Positions 1-9,399 of a stretch of DNA of 64,000 nucleotides are shown here, piece by piece. The notes beneath the pieces were generated by a model. The model saw only the letters and a list, made by a program, of their open reading frames with translations. It did no database searches and was not told where the DNA came from. The translations under genes were made by a program, and so were the position numbers. How positions within the stretch are numbered: position 1 is the first letter of the stretch; every line of letters starts with the position of its first letter. The DNA lies in the NCBI GenBank assembly GCA_038851755.1, contig JAWCKR010000002.1, positions 1-64,000 of the forward strand. The letters run 5' to 3'. This stretch comes from Candidatus Hadarchaeales archaeon. GTDB taxonomy: Archaea; Hadarchaeota; Hadarchaeia; Hadarchaeales; WYZ-LMO6.

Positions 1-899
1 CCAGGGAACCTGAGCACCCCGTGGGTGTGTATTCCCGACTCGTGGGAGAAGGCGTTATCCCCCACGATGGCCTTGTTGGGCGGCACGGGCACCCCCGTGA
101 GCCTCTCCACCAGCTCCGAGGTACCGTAGAGCTTCTTCAGCTTGATTCCCGTCCTGAACCCGTGGAGGTAGTGGAGAGAGGTCACCACCTCCTCCAGGGA
201 GGCGTTCCCCGCCCTCTCCCCCAGACCGTTCACCGTGACGTGGACCTCTTCCGCCCCACCCCTCACCGCTCCTACGGTGTTGGCAGTGGCGAGACCGAAG
301 TCATCGTGACAGTGCACGCTGATGGGAAGGTGAAGGCTCCCGGTGAGATCCGAAAAGAGCTCATAAATTCGGTCTGGGGTCATCACCCCCACCGTGTCGC
401 ACACGCACAGGCGATGCACCCCCTCCTCCTCACCCACGGAGAAGAACTCCTTCAGGAAGGCCAGGTCGGTTCTGGTCCCGTCCTCTGCCGAGAGTTCCAC
501 CTTTAAACCGTGATCCAGCGCGTACCGGCAGGCCTCCCTGGCCATTTCCTTCAGCTGGGTGCGGGACTTCCTGAGCTTGTACTTCAGGTGGATGTCCGAG
601 GTAGGGAGGACGAGATGAACGCTGTCCACCTCGCACGCTAGGGCTGCATCTACATCCTCCTTCACCCCCCGGCTGAAGCTGCAAACCTCCGCCTTCAGCC
701 CCTGCTTCACCACCGCTCTGAGGGCCTCCCTCTCCCCCTCGGAGACTATGGCCGATCCAGCCTCTATGATGTCCACCCCCAGCTCGTCGAGGGCCACCGC
801 TATCTGGAGCTTCTGCTCGGGCGTGAGGGCGAGCCCGGGCATCTGCTCCCCGTCCCTCAGGGTGGTATCCAGAACCCTTATCCTCCTGCCGGGTTTCAT
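1..899 (-). CDS. LeuA/CimA/AksA-family alpha-keto-acid synthase (DRE-TIM metallolyase); 3' end runs off the window
   Basis: ATG at 899 reads [22 protein letters not shown]; later [17 protein letters not shown] and [18 protein letters not shown]. Absent from the ORF track because no stop lies in the window. Confidence 0.9.
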   Translation of the reverse strand, partial: MKPGRRIRVLDTTLRDGEQMPGLALTPEQKLQIAVALDELGVDIIEAGSAIVSEGEREALRAVVKQGLKAEVCSFSRGVKEDVDAALACEVDSVHLVLPTSDIHLKYKLRKSRTQLKEMAREACRYALDHGLKVELSAEDGTRTDLAFLKEFFSVGEEEGVHRLCVCDTVGVMTPDRIYELFSDLTGSLHLPISVHCHDDFGLATANTVGAVRGGAEEVHVTVNGLGERAGNASLEEVVTSLHYLHGFRTGIKLKKLYGTSELVERLTGVPVPPNKAIVGDNAFSHESGIHTHGVLRFP

Positions 900-911
900 C
901 CTAAGAGTTCA

Positions 912-927
912 ACCTTATAATATATGA
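912..927. promoter_or_regulatory. Probable shared bidirectional TATA element between the divergent synthase genes
   Basis: AT-only run TTATAATATAT (915-925) in a 44-bp gap between two divergent start codons on a GC-rich background. Confidence 0.55.
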
Positions 928-943
928 AGCCAAGGGGGGAACG

Positions 944-2506
944 ATGCAACCCATCCTCGTAAGCGGCCTCAACCGGGAGATAGCCAGGGGGCTCAGGCTC
1001 CCCAAGTACGTGAGGATCTTCGACACCACCCTCAGAGACGGGGAGCAGACCCCTGGGGTTTCTCTCACCCCCGAACAGAAGGTGCGCATCGCCCGCCAGC
1101 TGGATAAGCTGGGGGTGGATTGCGTGGAGGCAGGCTTTCCCGTGGTCTCAGAGGGGGAGTACCAGGCTGTGAAGGCCATCGCCCAGGCTGGGCTGAAATC
1201 GGAGGTCTGCGCCCTGGCCAGGTGCTCCAAGGAGGACGTGGACCTGGCAGTAGAGTGCGGGGTGAAGTCCATCCACCTCTTCATAGCCACCTCGGACATC
1301 CACCTGAAGTACAAGCTGAAGATGACGAGGAAGGAGGTGCTGAAGAGGGCGGTAGAACACGTGAGGTACGCCAAGCGGAAGGGGGTGCTGGTGGAGTTCT
1401 CGGCAGAAGATGCCACCAGAACGGAGCTGGAGTTCCTGAAGGAGGTCTACAGGGAGGTGACCAGGGCAGGGGTGGACAGGATAAACGTACCCGACACGGT
1501 GGGGGTCATCACCCCCAGGGCCATGTACCAGTTGATCTCCTCCCTGAAGCAGGAGATAAAGGTCCCCATCTCTGTACACTGCCACGACGACTTCGGTCTG
1601 GCCGTCTCCAACTCCCTGGCTGCGGTGGAGGCGGGAGCGGAGCAGGTCCACGTCACGGTGAACGGTCTGGGGGAGAGGGCGGGGAACGCCTCCCTGGAGG
1701 AGGTGGTGATGTCCCTTCGGGCCCTTTACGGGATAAAACCGAAAATCAAGACCCGCCTGCTCGTGGAGACCTCGGAGCTGGTGGAGAGGCTCACGGGGGT
1801 GCCCGTGCCGCCCAACAAGGCCATCGTGGGGGATAACGCCTTCTCCCACGAGTCGGGAATACACACCCACGGGGTGCTCAGGTTCCCTGGGACCTACGAG
1901 CCCCTCTCCCCGGAGCTGGTGGGGCAGAGGAGAAGGTTCATCTTCGGGAAGCACGTGGGGGCGGCTGCCATCCGAACCGAGCTGAAGAAACTGGGGATAA
2001 AGGCCTCGGAAAAACAGGTCAGGGAGATCTTCTCCCAGGTGAAGGCGCTGGGGGACAAGGGCAAGATGGTCACGGACGTGGAGTGGAGGGCCATCGTGGA
2101 CTCGGTCCTGGGTCGCTCCTTCGAGGAGATCGTCAAGCTGCAGGAGCTGACGGTGGTGAGCGGGAACAGGGTGACCCCCACCGCTTCCGTGCGTCTGCAG
2201 GTGGAGGGTAAGGAGCTCCTGAACTCGGGGACGGGGGTGGGCCCCGTGGACGCCGCCATGAACGCCATCAGGAAGGTGGTGGAGGGCGTGTCCAACGTGA
2301 GGCTGCAGGAGTACCATGTGGACGCCATCTCGGGGGGGACCAACGCCGTGGTCAGCGTGGTGGTGAAGCTGACGGACGGGAGGAGGATCATAACGGCCAG
2401 GGGTACCTCGAGCGACATCATCATGGCGAGCGTGCAGGCCATGCTGGCGGGGGTCAACAGGTTCCTCTGGGACAGGAGGATGAAGAATGCCAGAAAAACC
2501 AAATGA
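944..2506 (+). CDS. leuA: 2-isopropylmalate synthase / (R)-citramalate synthase with C-terminal regulatory domain
   Basis: [29 protein letters not shown] and the C-terminal GVGPVDA regulatory-domain motif. LeuA versus CimA cannot be resolved by eye. Confidence 0.85.
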   Translation: MQPILVSGLNREIARGLRLPKYVRIFDTTLRDGEQTPGVSLTPEQKVRIARQLDKLGVDCVEAGFPVVSEGEYQAVKAIAQAGLKSEVCALARCSKEDVDLAVECGVKSIHLFIATSDIHLKYKLKMTRKEVLKRAVEHVRYAKRKGVLVEFSAEDATRTELEFLKEVYREVTRAGVDRINVPDTVGVITPRAMYQLISSLKQEIKVPISVHCHDDFGLAVSNSLAAVEAGAEQVHVTVNGLGERAGNASLEEVVMSLRALYGIKPKIKTRLLVETSELVERLTGVPVPPNKAIVGDNAFSHESGIHTHGVLRFPGTYEPLSPELVGQRRRFIFGKHVGAAAIRTELKKLGIKASEKQVREIFSQVKALGDKGKMVTDVEWRAIVDSVLGRSFEEIVKLQELTVVSGNRVTPTASVRLQVEGKELLNSGTGVGPVDAAMNAIRKVVEGVSNVRLQEYHVDAISGGTNAVVSVVVKLTDGRRIITARGTSSDIIMASVQAMLAGVNRFLWDRRMKNARKTK

Positions 2507-2777
2507 GGAGGGCAGGCTGCGTCTGCCCAAGGAGAAGGAGGTGCTCGGGGTGGTGGAGCAGATAGTGGGCTTCGACAGGCTGAGGGTGAGGTGCAGGGAC
2601 GGTCACGTGAGGATATGCAGGATTCCGGGGAAGATGAAGAAGAGGAACTGGGTGAGGGTGGACGATGTGGTGATAGTGGTTCCGTGGGAGGTGGAGGGGG
2701 ACAGAAAGGGGGACCTCGTCTACCGCTACACGGGGACCGAGGTGGAGTGGCTCAAGAAAAAGGGACTGTGGGAGTGA
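2487..2777 (+). CDS. eif1A: Translation initiation factor aIF-1A
   Basis: [34 protein letters not shown]; conserved aIF1A-Rio1-KH-top6 gene order. Confidence 0.95.
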   Translation: MPEKPNEEGRLRLPKEKEVLGVVEQIVGFDRLRVRCRDGHVRICRIPGKMKKRNWVRVDDVVIVVPWEVEGDRKGDLVYRYTGTEVEWLKKKGLWE

Positions 2778-3550
2778 GGTTGCCGGAGGACTTCCAGGAA
2801 TTTCTGCGCAAGGGCGAGGGCTGGAAGTACGAGAGGCTTGAGAAGGATTCTGAGATGCGCAAGGTGGTGGAGAGGGTCTTCGATGCTTCCACCCTCCTCA
2901 CCCTCTACCACATGATCAACCGAGGGACCATAGACAGGTTCGGAGGTGCGGTGAGCACGGGTAAGGAGGCTCATGTCTTCAGGGCCCTGAATCCGGAGGG
3001 GGAGTACGTGGCAATCAAGATTTATCGGGTGGCCACCTCCGATTTCAAGAACATGTACCGATACCTGGTGGCGGACCCCAGGTTCAAGGGGATTCACAGG
3101 GACAGGAGGCAGGTGGTATACTCCTGGGCCTCCAGAGAGTACAAGAACCTGCAGAGGGCGGGGGAGGCAGGGGTCTCGGCGCCCAGAGCGCTGGATTATG
3201 AGAAGAACGTGCTGGTGATGGAATTCATGGGGGAGGAGGGGCTGCCTTATCCCAGGATGAAGGATTTTCCTCCCAAGAATCCTGAGAGGACCTTCGAGAA
3301 GCTGCTGAAGGAGGTGGAGCTCCTCTACCGGGAGGCCAAGCTGGTCCACGCTGACCTGAGCGAGTACAACGTGCTCCTCTCCCCCGATCCCGTGCTGATA
3401 GACTTCTCCCTGGGGACGGATGTTTCCAGCCCCATGGCGGAGGAACTCTTGAGGAGGGACCTCTCAAACCTCTCCAACTTCTTCAGGAGGCATGGTGTTC
3501 AGGTTCCACCCGTGGAGGAGCTCCTGGAGGCGGTGAAGGGTGAAGGCTGA
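2774..3550 (+). CDS. rio1: RIO1-family serine kinase
   Basis: [30 protein letters not shown]; GTG start at 2774 overlaps the aIF1A stop. Confidence 0.93.
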   Translation: MRLPEDFQEFLRKGEGWKYERLEKDSEMRKVVERVFDASTLLTLYHMINRGTIDRFGGAVSTGKEAHVFRALNPEGEYVAIKIYRVATSDFKNMYRYLVADPRFKGIHRDRRQVVYSWASREYKNLQRAGEAGVSAPRALDYEKNVLVMEFMGEEGLPYPRMKDFPPKNPERTFEKLLKEVELLYREAKLVHADLSEYNVLLSPDPVLIDFSLGTDVSSPMAEELLRRDLSNLSNFFRRHGVQVPPVEELLEAVKGEG

Positions 3551-4100
3551 GAGGCACTCGGAGAGCCTGAGGTTGCCCAAGGACAGAGTGGGCGTGGCCA
3601 TAGGTAAGAAGGGCAGCGTGAAGAGGGAGATTGAGCGCAGGACGGGGGCCAAGCTGGTCTTCGACAGCGAGGAGGGACTGGTGCAGATCTTCCCAGGGGA
3701 GGATCCCCTCTCCCTGCTGAGGGCCAGGGAGGTCCTGAGGGCCATAGGCAGGGGCTTCAATCCGGAGAAGGCTTTTACCCTGCTCGAGGAGGACCATTAC
3801 CTGGAGGTGATAGAGCTGGAGGATTACGGTGGGTCCGAGAAGGCCATGGTCAGGCTTAGGGGAAGGGTGATAGGGGAGGAGGGGAAGGCCAGGAGGGCCA
3901 TAGAGGAACTCTCCGGCGCCATGGTCTCCGTTTACGGAAAGACGGTGGCCCTGATAGGCACCCCTGAGCAGCTCAGGAGGGCCAGGAAGGCCGTGGAGAT
4001 GCTGCTGGGAGGGGCGGAGCACTCCACGGTATACAGGTTCCTGGAGAGGTTGCAGGCCGAGGAGGGCAGGAAGGAGGTGGGCCGGGAGGTGAAGGAGTGA
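3540..4100 (+). CDS. KH-domain rRNA-processing protein (Dim2/Pno1 type)
   Basis: Two GxxG KH loops (IGKKG, IGEEG), AIGRGF, GAEHSTVY. Confidence 0.92.
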   Translation: MKAERHSESLRLPKDRVGVAIGKKGSVKREIERRTGAKLVFDSEEGLVQIFPGEDPLSLLRAREVLRAIGRGFNPEKAFTLLEEDHYLEVIELEDYGGSEKAMVRLRGRVIGEEGKARRAIEELSGAMVSVYGKTVALIGTPEQLRRARKAVEMLLGGAEHSTVYRFLERLQAEEGRKEVGREVKE

Positions 4101-5653
4101 AGACCCTGGCGGATGAGCTCTTCAGGGAGTTCAGGGAGCACAGCGTCAGCGAGTTCTTCAGGAAGAACGCGGCCATGCTCGGGTACACCGGGAAGGTGCG
4201 CTCCCTCACCACCGTGGTCCACGAGGGCGTGACCAACTCCCTGGACGCCTGCGAGGAAGCTGGCATCCTTCCCGACATCAAGGTGGAGATAAAGAGGGTG
4301 GATGAGGATCCCGAGCACCTGAGGGTGGCGGTGGAGGACAACGGTCCCGGGATTCCCGAGAAGTTCATACCCAGCGTCTTCGGGAAGATGCTGGCGGGGA
4401 CCAAGCTGCACAGGCTCCTTCAGCAGAGGGGTCAGCAGGGGATTGGTATCTCCGGGGCGGTGATGTTCGCGCAGATCACCTCCGGGAAGCCCGCCGTGGT
4501 GAGGACCTCCACGGGCGACGGTAAGGTGGTGGAGGTGGAGGTCTCGATAAACGTGGACAGGAACGAGGGTGAGGTGCACAGCAGGAAAGTGGTGGAGGGC
4601 AAGTGGAAGGGAACCAGGGTGGAGCTGGAGCTGAAGGAGGTCACCTACCAGCGCTCCCGCTACAGCCCCTTCCACTATCTGGAGATGACCTCCGTCGCCA
4701 ATCCTCACGCCAGGATTACCCTGGAAGAGCCCGACGGGACGAAGACGGTCTTCGAGAGGGTGGTGAAGGAGGTGCCCGCCCCCCCGGAGCCCATGCCCCT
4801 CTATCCCAAGGGACTGATGGCCGACGACCTCCTGATCCTCTGCAGGGCCTCGAAGAGCAGGACGGTGGCAGGTGCCCTCACCACGGAGCTCTCCAGGATG
4901 ACCAGGCAGAAGGTGGAGGAGGTGGAGCGCCTCTCGGGGGTGAAGCTGGACAAGAAACCGCAGGAGCTGACGTGGGAGGAGGCGGAGAGAATAGTGAAGG
5001 CCTTCAGGCAGATGAAGTTCATGGCGCCCTCCTCCAGCGGGCTGAGGCCCATAGGTAAGGAGCACATAGAGAAGAGCCTGAAGCAGATGTACGAGCCTGA
5101 GTTCGTGGCGGCCGTGACCAGGGAGCCCAAGTTCTACCGTGGTGGCATACCCTTCGTGGTGGAGGTGGGGATGGCATACGGGGGAAAGGCCGGGAAGAAG
5201 GAGGAGGGCGAGGTGGCGGAGGGGATGGAGCTCCTGAGGTTCGCCAACAGGGCTCCCCTGGTTTTCGACCAGGGAGGCTGCGTGATCACCTCAGCCCTCA
5301 GGGACATAGACTGGGGGAGGTACGGCCTGAACCCCGATGCCTCCCCCCTCACGGTCTTCGTGAACTTCTGCTCCGCCTATGTCCCCTACACTTCCGCTGG
5401 TAAGCAGTCCATAGCGGACGAGCCGGAGGTTTACGAGGAGCTCAGGTTCGCGGTGATGGATGTCGCCAGGGAGCTTCGCTTCTACCTGTACCGCAAGACC
5501 AAGCAGAGGGAAAGGGAGCAGAGGGCCGGGGTCTTCGAGAAGTTTTTGCCCATCATAGCGCAGAAGGCCTCCTCCCTGGCGGGGGAGGAGCCTCCTGACA
5601 TAAAGCCCGTGCTGAAGAGGGTAACGGGGTTGGAGCTTGACGGGGGAGAGTGA
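4097..5653 (+). CDS. top6B: DNA topoisomerase VI subunit B
   Basis: [41 protein letters not shown] motifs, RFANRAPL. Confidence 0.97.
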   Translation: MKTLADELFREFREHSVSEFFRKNAAMLGYTGKVRSLTTVVHEGVTNSLDACEEAGILPDIKVEIKRVDEDPEHLRVAVEDNGPGIPEKFIPSVFGKMLAGTKLHRLLQQRGQQGIGISGAVMFAQITSGKPAVVRTSTGDGKVVEVEVSINVDRNEGEVHSRKVVEGKWKGTRVELELKEVTYQRSRYSPFHYLEMTSVANPHARITLEEPDGTKTVFERVVKEVPAPPEPMPLYPKGLMADDLLILCRASKSRTVAGALTTELSRMTRQKVEEVERLSGVKLDKKPQELTWEEAERIVKAFRQMKFMAPSSSGLRPIGKEHIEKSLKQMYEPEFVAAVTREPKFYRGGIPFVVEVGMAYGGKAGKKEEGEVAEGMELLRFANRAPLVFDQGGCVITSALRDIDWGRYGLNPDASPLTVFVNFCSAYVPYTSAGKQSIADEPEVYEELRFAVMDVARELRFYLYRKTKQREREQRAGVFEKFLPIIAQKASSLAGEEPPDIKPVLKRVTGLELDGGE

Positions 5654-6725
5654 AAAGGGAAGCAGGAAGCAGAGGGCCCTGGAGGAGCTCAGGAAACTGG
5701 GTAAGGGTGTGCTGCATGAGCTGAGGGAGGGGAAGCCGCCCAAGCTGAGGGTTCCCTCCAGGGGGACCTCCAACATAGTGTACGACGAGAAACACGGGTA
5801 CTACGTGTTGGGGCCCAGGTACGAGGTGCGCTCGGCCTCCAGCATGGCGCAGGTGAAGAAGTTCGCCCAGACCCTCTGCGTGGCGGACTTCTGCCGTGAG
5901 CTGGTGACGAGGGGAAAGTTCGCCACCCTGAGGGAGATGTACTACACCGCTGAGGGGTGGGAACCAGGGCCCTTCAAGGACCAGGACGAGTCCGACCTGC
6001 TGGTGGAGGATCTGGAGGCCATGCTGGGGGTGAAGAGGGAGGACCTGGCCCTCATGCCCGAGGAGGACGGGGCGGCGGTCTTCGGTGACCTGACGGTGAG
6101 GGAGGAGGGGGTGACGATCAACGCCCTGAAGGCGGGAAGGGGAGGGTACACCATTCCACCCACCATAGACGAGGTGGAGTTCGTGAAGTGCGGGGCCAAG
6201 AGGGTGATAGCCGTAGAGACCATGGGTATGTACCACCGCTTCGTGCAGGAGGAGGCCTGGAAGAAGTTCAATGCGCTGATCGTGGGGCTGAAGGGGCAGG
6301 CGGCCAGGGCCACCAGGAGATTTCTGAAGAGGGCACGGGAGGAGCTGGATTTGCCGGTTTACCTCTTCTGCGATGGGGATCCTTTTGGGTACCACATAGG
6401 CATGGTCATCATCTCCGGCAGTGCCAAGCTGGCATACATCAACCACGAGCTCGCGGTCCCAGACGCGAAGTACATAGGTGTGACGGCCAGCGACATCATC
6501 AACTACAAGTTGCCCACCGACAAGCTGCGCGAGCTGGACATCGCCCGTCTCAAGCAGCTGCAGAAGGACCCCAGGTACAACACGGAGTTCTGGCAGAGGG
6601 AGATCAAGAAGATGCTGGAGCTGGGGAAGAAGGCCGAGCAGCAGGCCTTCGCCAAGTACGGGCTGGAGTACGTGGTGAAGGAGTACCTCCCCGCCAAGCT
6701 GAAGGAAGTGGAGGGGTCCAGTTAA
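5637..6725 (+). CDS. top6A: DNA topoisomerase VI subunit A
   Basis: TLREMYY catalytic Tyr; TOPRIM motifs VET and DGDPFG; KKAEQQA. Confidence 0.97.
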   Translation: MTGESEKGSRKQRALEELRKLGKGVLHELREGKPPKLRVPSRGTSNIVYDEKHGYYVLGPRYEVRSASSMAQVKKFAQTLCVADFCRELVTRGKFATLREMYYTAEGWEPGPFKDQDESDLLVEDLEAMLGVKREDLALMPEEDGAAVFGDLTVREEGVTINALKAGRGGYTIPPTIDEVEFVKCGAKRVIAVETMGMYHRFVQEEAWKKFNALIVGLKGQAARATRRFLKRAREELDLPVYLFCDGDPFGYHIGMVIISGSAKLAYINHELAVPDAKYIGVTASDIINYKLPTDKLRELDIARLKQLQKDPRYNTEFWQREIKKMLELGKKAEQQAFAKYGLEYVVKEYLPAKLKEVEGSS

Positions 6726-6765
6726 GCCTTTATGGAGGGCTGCCCTAGAAAGGGTGCCGGGGAGT

Positions 6766-6919
6766 GCCGGGGTACTGCTCAGGCAGCCCGAAAGCTCAGC
6801 AGGTAGAGCGCTCGGCTGTTAAACCCGGTGTGGATGAAGAACGAGCCTCAAGAGAAAAGGACGACGCACCGGGTGCTGCGACCGAGCGGTCAGAGGTTCG
6901 AGTCCTCTCCCCGGCGCCA
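6766..6919 (+). tRNA. tRNA-Asn(GUU) with two introns: 6774-6792 (position 8/9, 19 nt) and 6822-6880 (position 37/38, 59 nt); CCA encoded
   Basis: The spliced sequence GCCGGGG-TA-GCTC-AGCAGGTA-GAGC-G-CTCGG-CT-GTT-AA-CCGAG-CGGTC-AGAGG-TTCGAGT-CCTCT-CCCCGGC-G-CCA folds into a standard cloverleaf. Both inserts are bounded by BHB motifs. Confidence 0.9.
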
Positions 6920-8385
6920 AAAAGTTCCACAAGAACCCACGGCGTGGGAGACGGGGGACCTTTATAGGAACAAGCCCACAAGATGGCCATCCGAGGCTTC
7001 AGATAACTCGACTTTTGATTTTACCACATTTTTCGCAGATGTACTTTTGTACGAATTTTCCTTTTCCAAGCCTGCTTGGTCCACCCACCTTTGTCCACCG
7101 GTGGATTCCCAATATGCACTTTAGAGTCCTTCTCGCTTTTCGTGGCACTTCCCTTTTGGGTTTGGAGTGAGGGGGTTCATCTCTCCCGGCAGGCTTCGAC
7201 CGTAGTTTCTCCAAGGCTCGCCAGTACCCGTTAGATTCTTCTTTCTTTTTACTTTGCAGGTAGTCGTAATACGGAGGGCAAGGGTGAGATTGCCCTTCTC
7301 TCCACTTTTCTCTTTCTAGCTTGCTCATAACGCCTGAGGAGTCAAAATCAGGAAGGTAGGGGGGCATAGGCTGAGCATGTTCCTCACAGAAACGTTTGTG
7401 GCAGTGGGGACACTCGACCTTTGCTGGTTTGTCGCATGAGTGGTAAGAGCATTCTCCCTCTCTAATCTTCCTTGGTTCAAGCCCTTTTGCCTTCCACATC
7501 CTCATAGGCAACTTGGCACACTCGTGCTTTTCAGGCAGCCGGTGCTCGGAGCAGTAGTACAAACCGCAGTAGTGGCAGTAGAAGGGCAGAACCTCTTCCC
7601 TGCCACAGTAGGCGCACTTATCCTTAGCCCCTGGTTCTATCCTCACCGTGCCTGTGAAATTGCTCCAAGCGAAGCTTTTCATGCTCAGGAAGGTTTGGAT
7701 TTTTTCATGCTCCACCCCGTGGTGAGGAGCCCACACATGCGCTACTTCGTGGCGGGCCACCTCTTCGATATCGTCTAGGTTGAGGGACATCAACCTTCCC
7801 TTCGAGATACAGATGATTCCTTCCTCTAGGTGTATATGGGCGATGTCGTCGCTGGAGGAGTTCGGGCATGGGGTTTCTGCAACTCTCACTATTAGTGGAG
7901 CAATCCCCATCATCTGGCAGTACCTCAGGACAGCGTTCGCGAGCGCGACCTTCTTTGCCTCGAAGAATGAATCATCCGTGCTCGAATTTTTGTTCATAAG
8001 CTCACGCTCTTGCTTCTTCTTTTCGCTCCTCGGGGGAGTCGCTCACTCCCACAATTTCAGGTTCCTTTTAATCTGGTTCTAATTTGATTTTTCATGTACT
8101 CATCTTGCGCGTGAGAGGTAAAGAGGATTATGTCGTACACACTATCTCAGAATATTTTGAATTTTTAAAGTTAGGGTTACTCTTGGAGGATGTGAAGTCC
8201 CTAAAGTGGATGGCATATTCAGGAAAAGAAACATGTTTTCGGGAATTTCCTAGTAATGCGCGTGTACTCTGACGACGCGAAGAGGCGAATGTTTTTTTTG
8301 CGGTCTAGGAAATCATTTTTGACTTTTTATTGATTGGTCAGAAGTCGAATCTTGTAATTTTCCTAGGTTCTCCCCCCTGGCGCCA
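6920..8385. mobile_element. Small low-GC island remnant at the tRNA-Asn 3' end
   Basis: Abrupt AT enrichment after the tRNA. The region ends with TCTCCCCCCTGGCGCCA (8369-8385), a degenerate copy of the tRNA 3' end TCTCCCCGGCGCCA, followed by a T-rich run. No integrase is present. Confidence 0.55.
6999..7997 (-). CDS. Hypothetical multi-domain protein: HExxH metallopeptidase-like domain, AN1-like zinc finger and further Cys/His fingers
   Basis: ARHEVAHVWAPHH; CAYC..PFYCHYCGLYYCSEHRLPEKHEC (AN1-like); CSYHSC..CPHCHKRFCEEH; C-terminal CILGIHRW..CEKCG. Confidence 0.75.
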   Translation of the reverse strand: MNKNSSTDDSFFEAKKVALANAVLRYCQMMGIAPLIVRVAETPCPNSSSDDIAHIHLEEGIICISKGRLMSLNLDDIEEVARHEVAHVWAPHHGVEHEKIQTFLSMKSFAWSNFTGTVRIEPGAKDKCAYCGREEVLPFYCHYCGLYYCSEHRLPEKHECAKLPMRMWKAKGLEPRKIREGECSYHSCDKPAKVECPHCHKRFCEEHAQPMPPYLPDFDSSGVMSKLEREKWREGQSHPCPPYYDYLQSKKKEESNGYWRALEKLRSKPAGRDEPPHSKPKREVPRKARRTLKCILGIHRWTKVGGPSRLGKGKFVQKYICEKCGKIKSRVI

Positions 8386-8417
8386 TCTCTTTTTATCTTT
8401 CTTCCCAGAGGGTTTTG

Positions 8418-9398
8418 ATGAGGGTTCTCCTCCTCAGGGAGAAAGAGATAGAAGAACTCCTCTCCATGCGCGAGACCATCGCCGCTGTGGAGGAGGCCTT
8501 CAGACAGAAGGGGGAGGGAAAAGTGCAGATGCCTCCCAAGTCCTACATCTTCTTCCCCAGATACGAAGGGGACTTCAGGGTGATGCCCGCCTACCTCGAA
8601 GCCGGGGAGGAGGCCGGGGTCAAGGTGGTAAACGTTCACCCGGAAAACCCCAAAAGGGGGCTGCCCTCGATAATGGCCACCATCCTGTTGCTCGATCCCT
8701 CCACGGGGGTACCGCTGGCCCTCATGGGCGGGACCTTGATCACCGCCCTCAGAACGGGTGCGGCGGGAGGGGTGGCGGCCAGGTATCTGGCCAGGAAGGA
8801 CAGCAAGGTGGTGGGCATGGTGGGGGCAGGGGTCCAGGCCAGGGCCCAGCTGAGGGCCCTGAGAGAGGTGTTGGAGGTGGAGAAAGTGAAGGTGGTATCC
8901 GCTCACCCATCGGAGATGAGGAAGTATGCGGAGGAGGTGAGAAAGGAGCACGGTATAGAGGTGGAGGAGGTGAAAGGGGTGGAGGAGGCGGTGAGGGGCA
9001 GTGACATCGTGGTGACCACCACCCCCTCCCGCGTTCCCCTGGTGAGGAGCGAGTGGGTATCGGAGGGGACCCACCTCAACGCCATAGGCGCCGACGCTCC
9101 GGGGAAGCAGGAGATGGAGCCGGAGCTCCTCAGGCGCGCCAAGGTGGTGGTGGATGATCTGGAGCAGGCCCTCCACTCGGGGGAGGTGAACGTTCCCTTC
9201 TCGAAGGGTCTCTTCAGGAGGGAGGACATATACGGGGAGCTCGGGGAGATCGTGGTCGGGAAGAAGCCGGGCCGCACCTCTCCCAGTGAGATCACCCTCT
9301 TCGACTCCACAGGTCTGGCCATCCAGGACATAACAGTGGCCTGGATGGTCTACCGGAAGGCCAGCAGGCTGGGGAAGGGCGAGGAGATAGAGCTCTAG
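8418..9398 (+). CDS. ala: Alanine dehydrogenase (ornithine cyclodeaminase/mu-crystallin family)
   Basis: QMPPKSY, GDFRVMPAY, GVKVVNVHPEN, LRTGAAG, GAGVQA, IGADAPGKQE, FDSTGLAIQD. Confidence 0.88.
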   Translation: MRVLLLREKEIEELLSMRETIAAVEEAFRQKGEGKVQMPPKSYIFFPRYEGDFRVMPAYLEAGEEAGVKVVNVHPENPKRGLPSIMATILLLDPSTGVPLALMGGTLITALRTGAAGGVAARYLARKDSKVVGMVGAGVQARAQLRALREVLEVEKVKVVSAHPSEMRKYAEEVRKEHGIEVEEVKGVEEAVRGSDIVVTTTPSRVPLVRSEWVSEGTHLNAIGADAPGKQEMEPELLRRAKVVVDDLEQALHSGEVNVPFSKGLFRREDIYGELGEIVVGKKPGRTSPSEITLFDSTGLAIQDITVAWMVYRKASRLGKGEEIEL

Positions 9399-9399
9399 C

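Noticed and set aside
6756-6765. tRNA-Asn starting at the first GCCGGGG with a third, 10-nt intron
   Set aside because: No BHB can be drawn for it, and starting at 6766 already gives a perfect cloverleaf.
6764-7124. Short ORFs at 6764-6967, 6796-6990 and 6828-7124 (likewise 10476-10712)
   Set aside because: They overlap tRNA genes and show no protein features.
8084-8272. 62-aa ORF inside the low-GC island
   Set aside because: TTG start, no ribosome-binding site or motif; it cannot be distinguished from decayed sequence.
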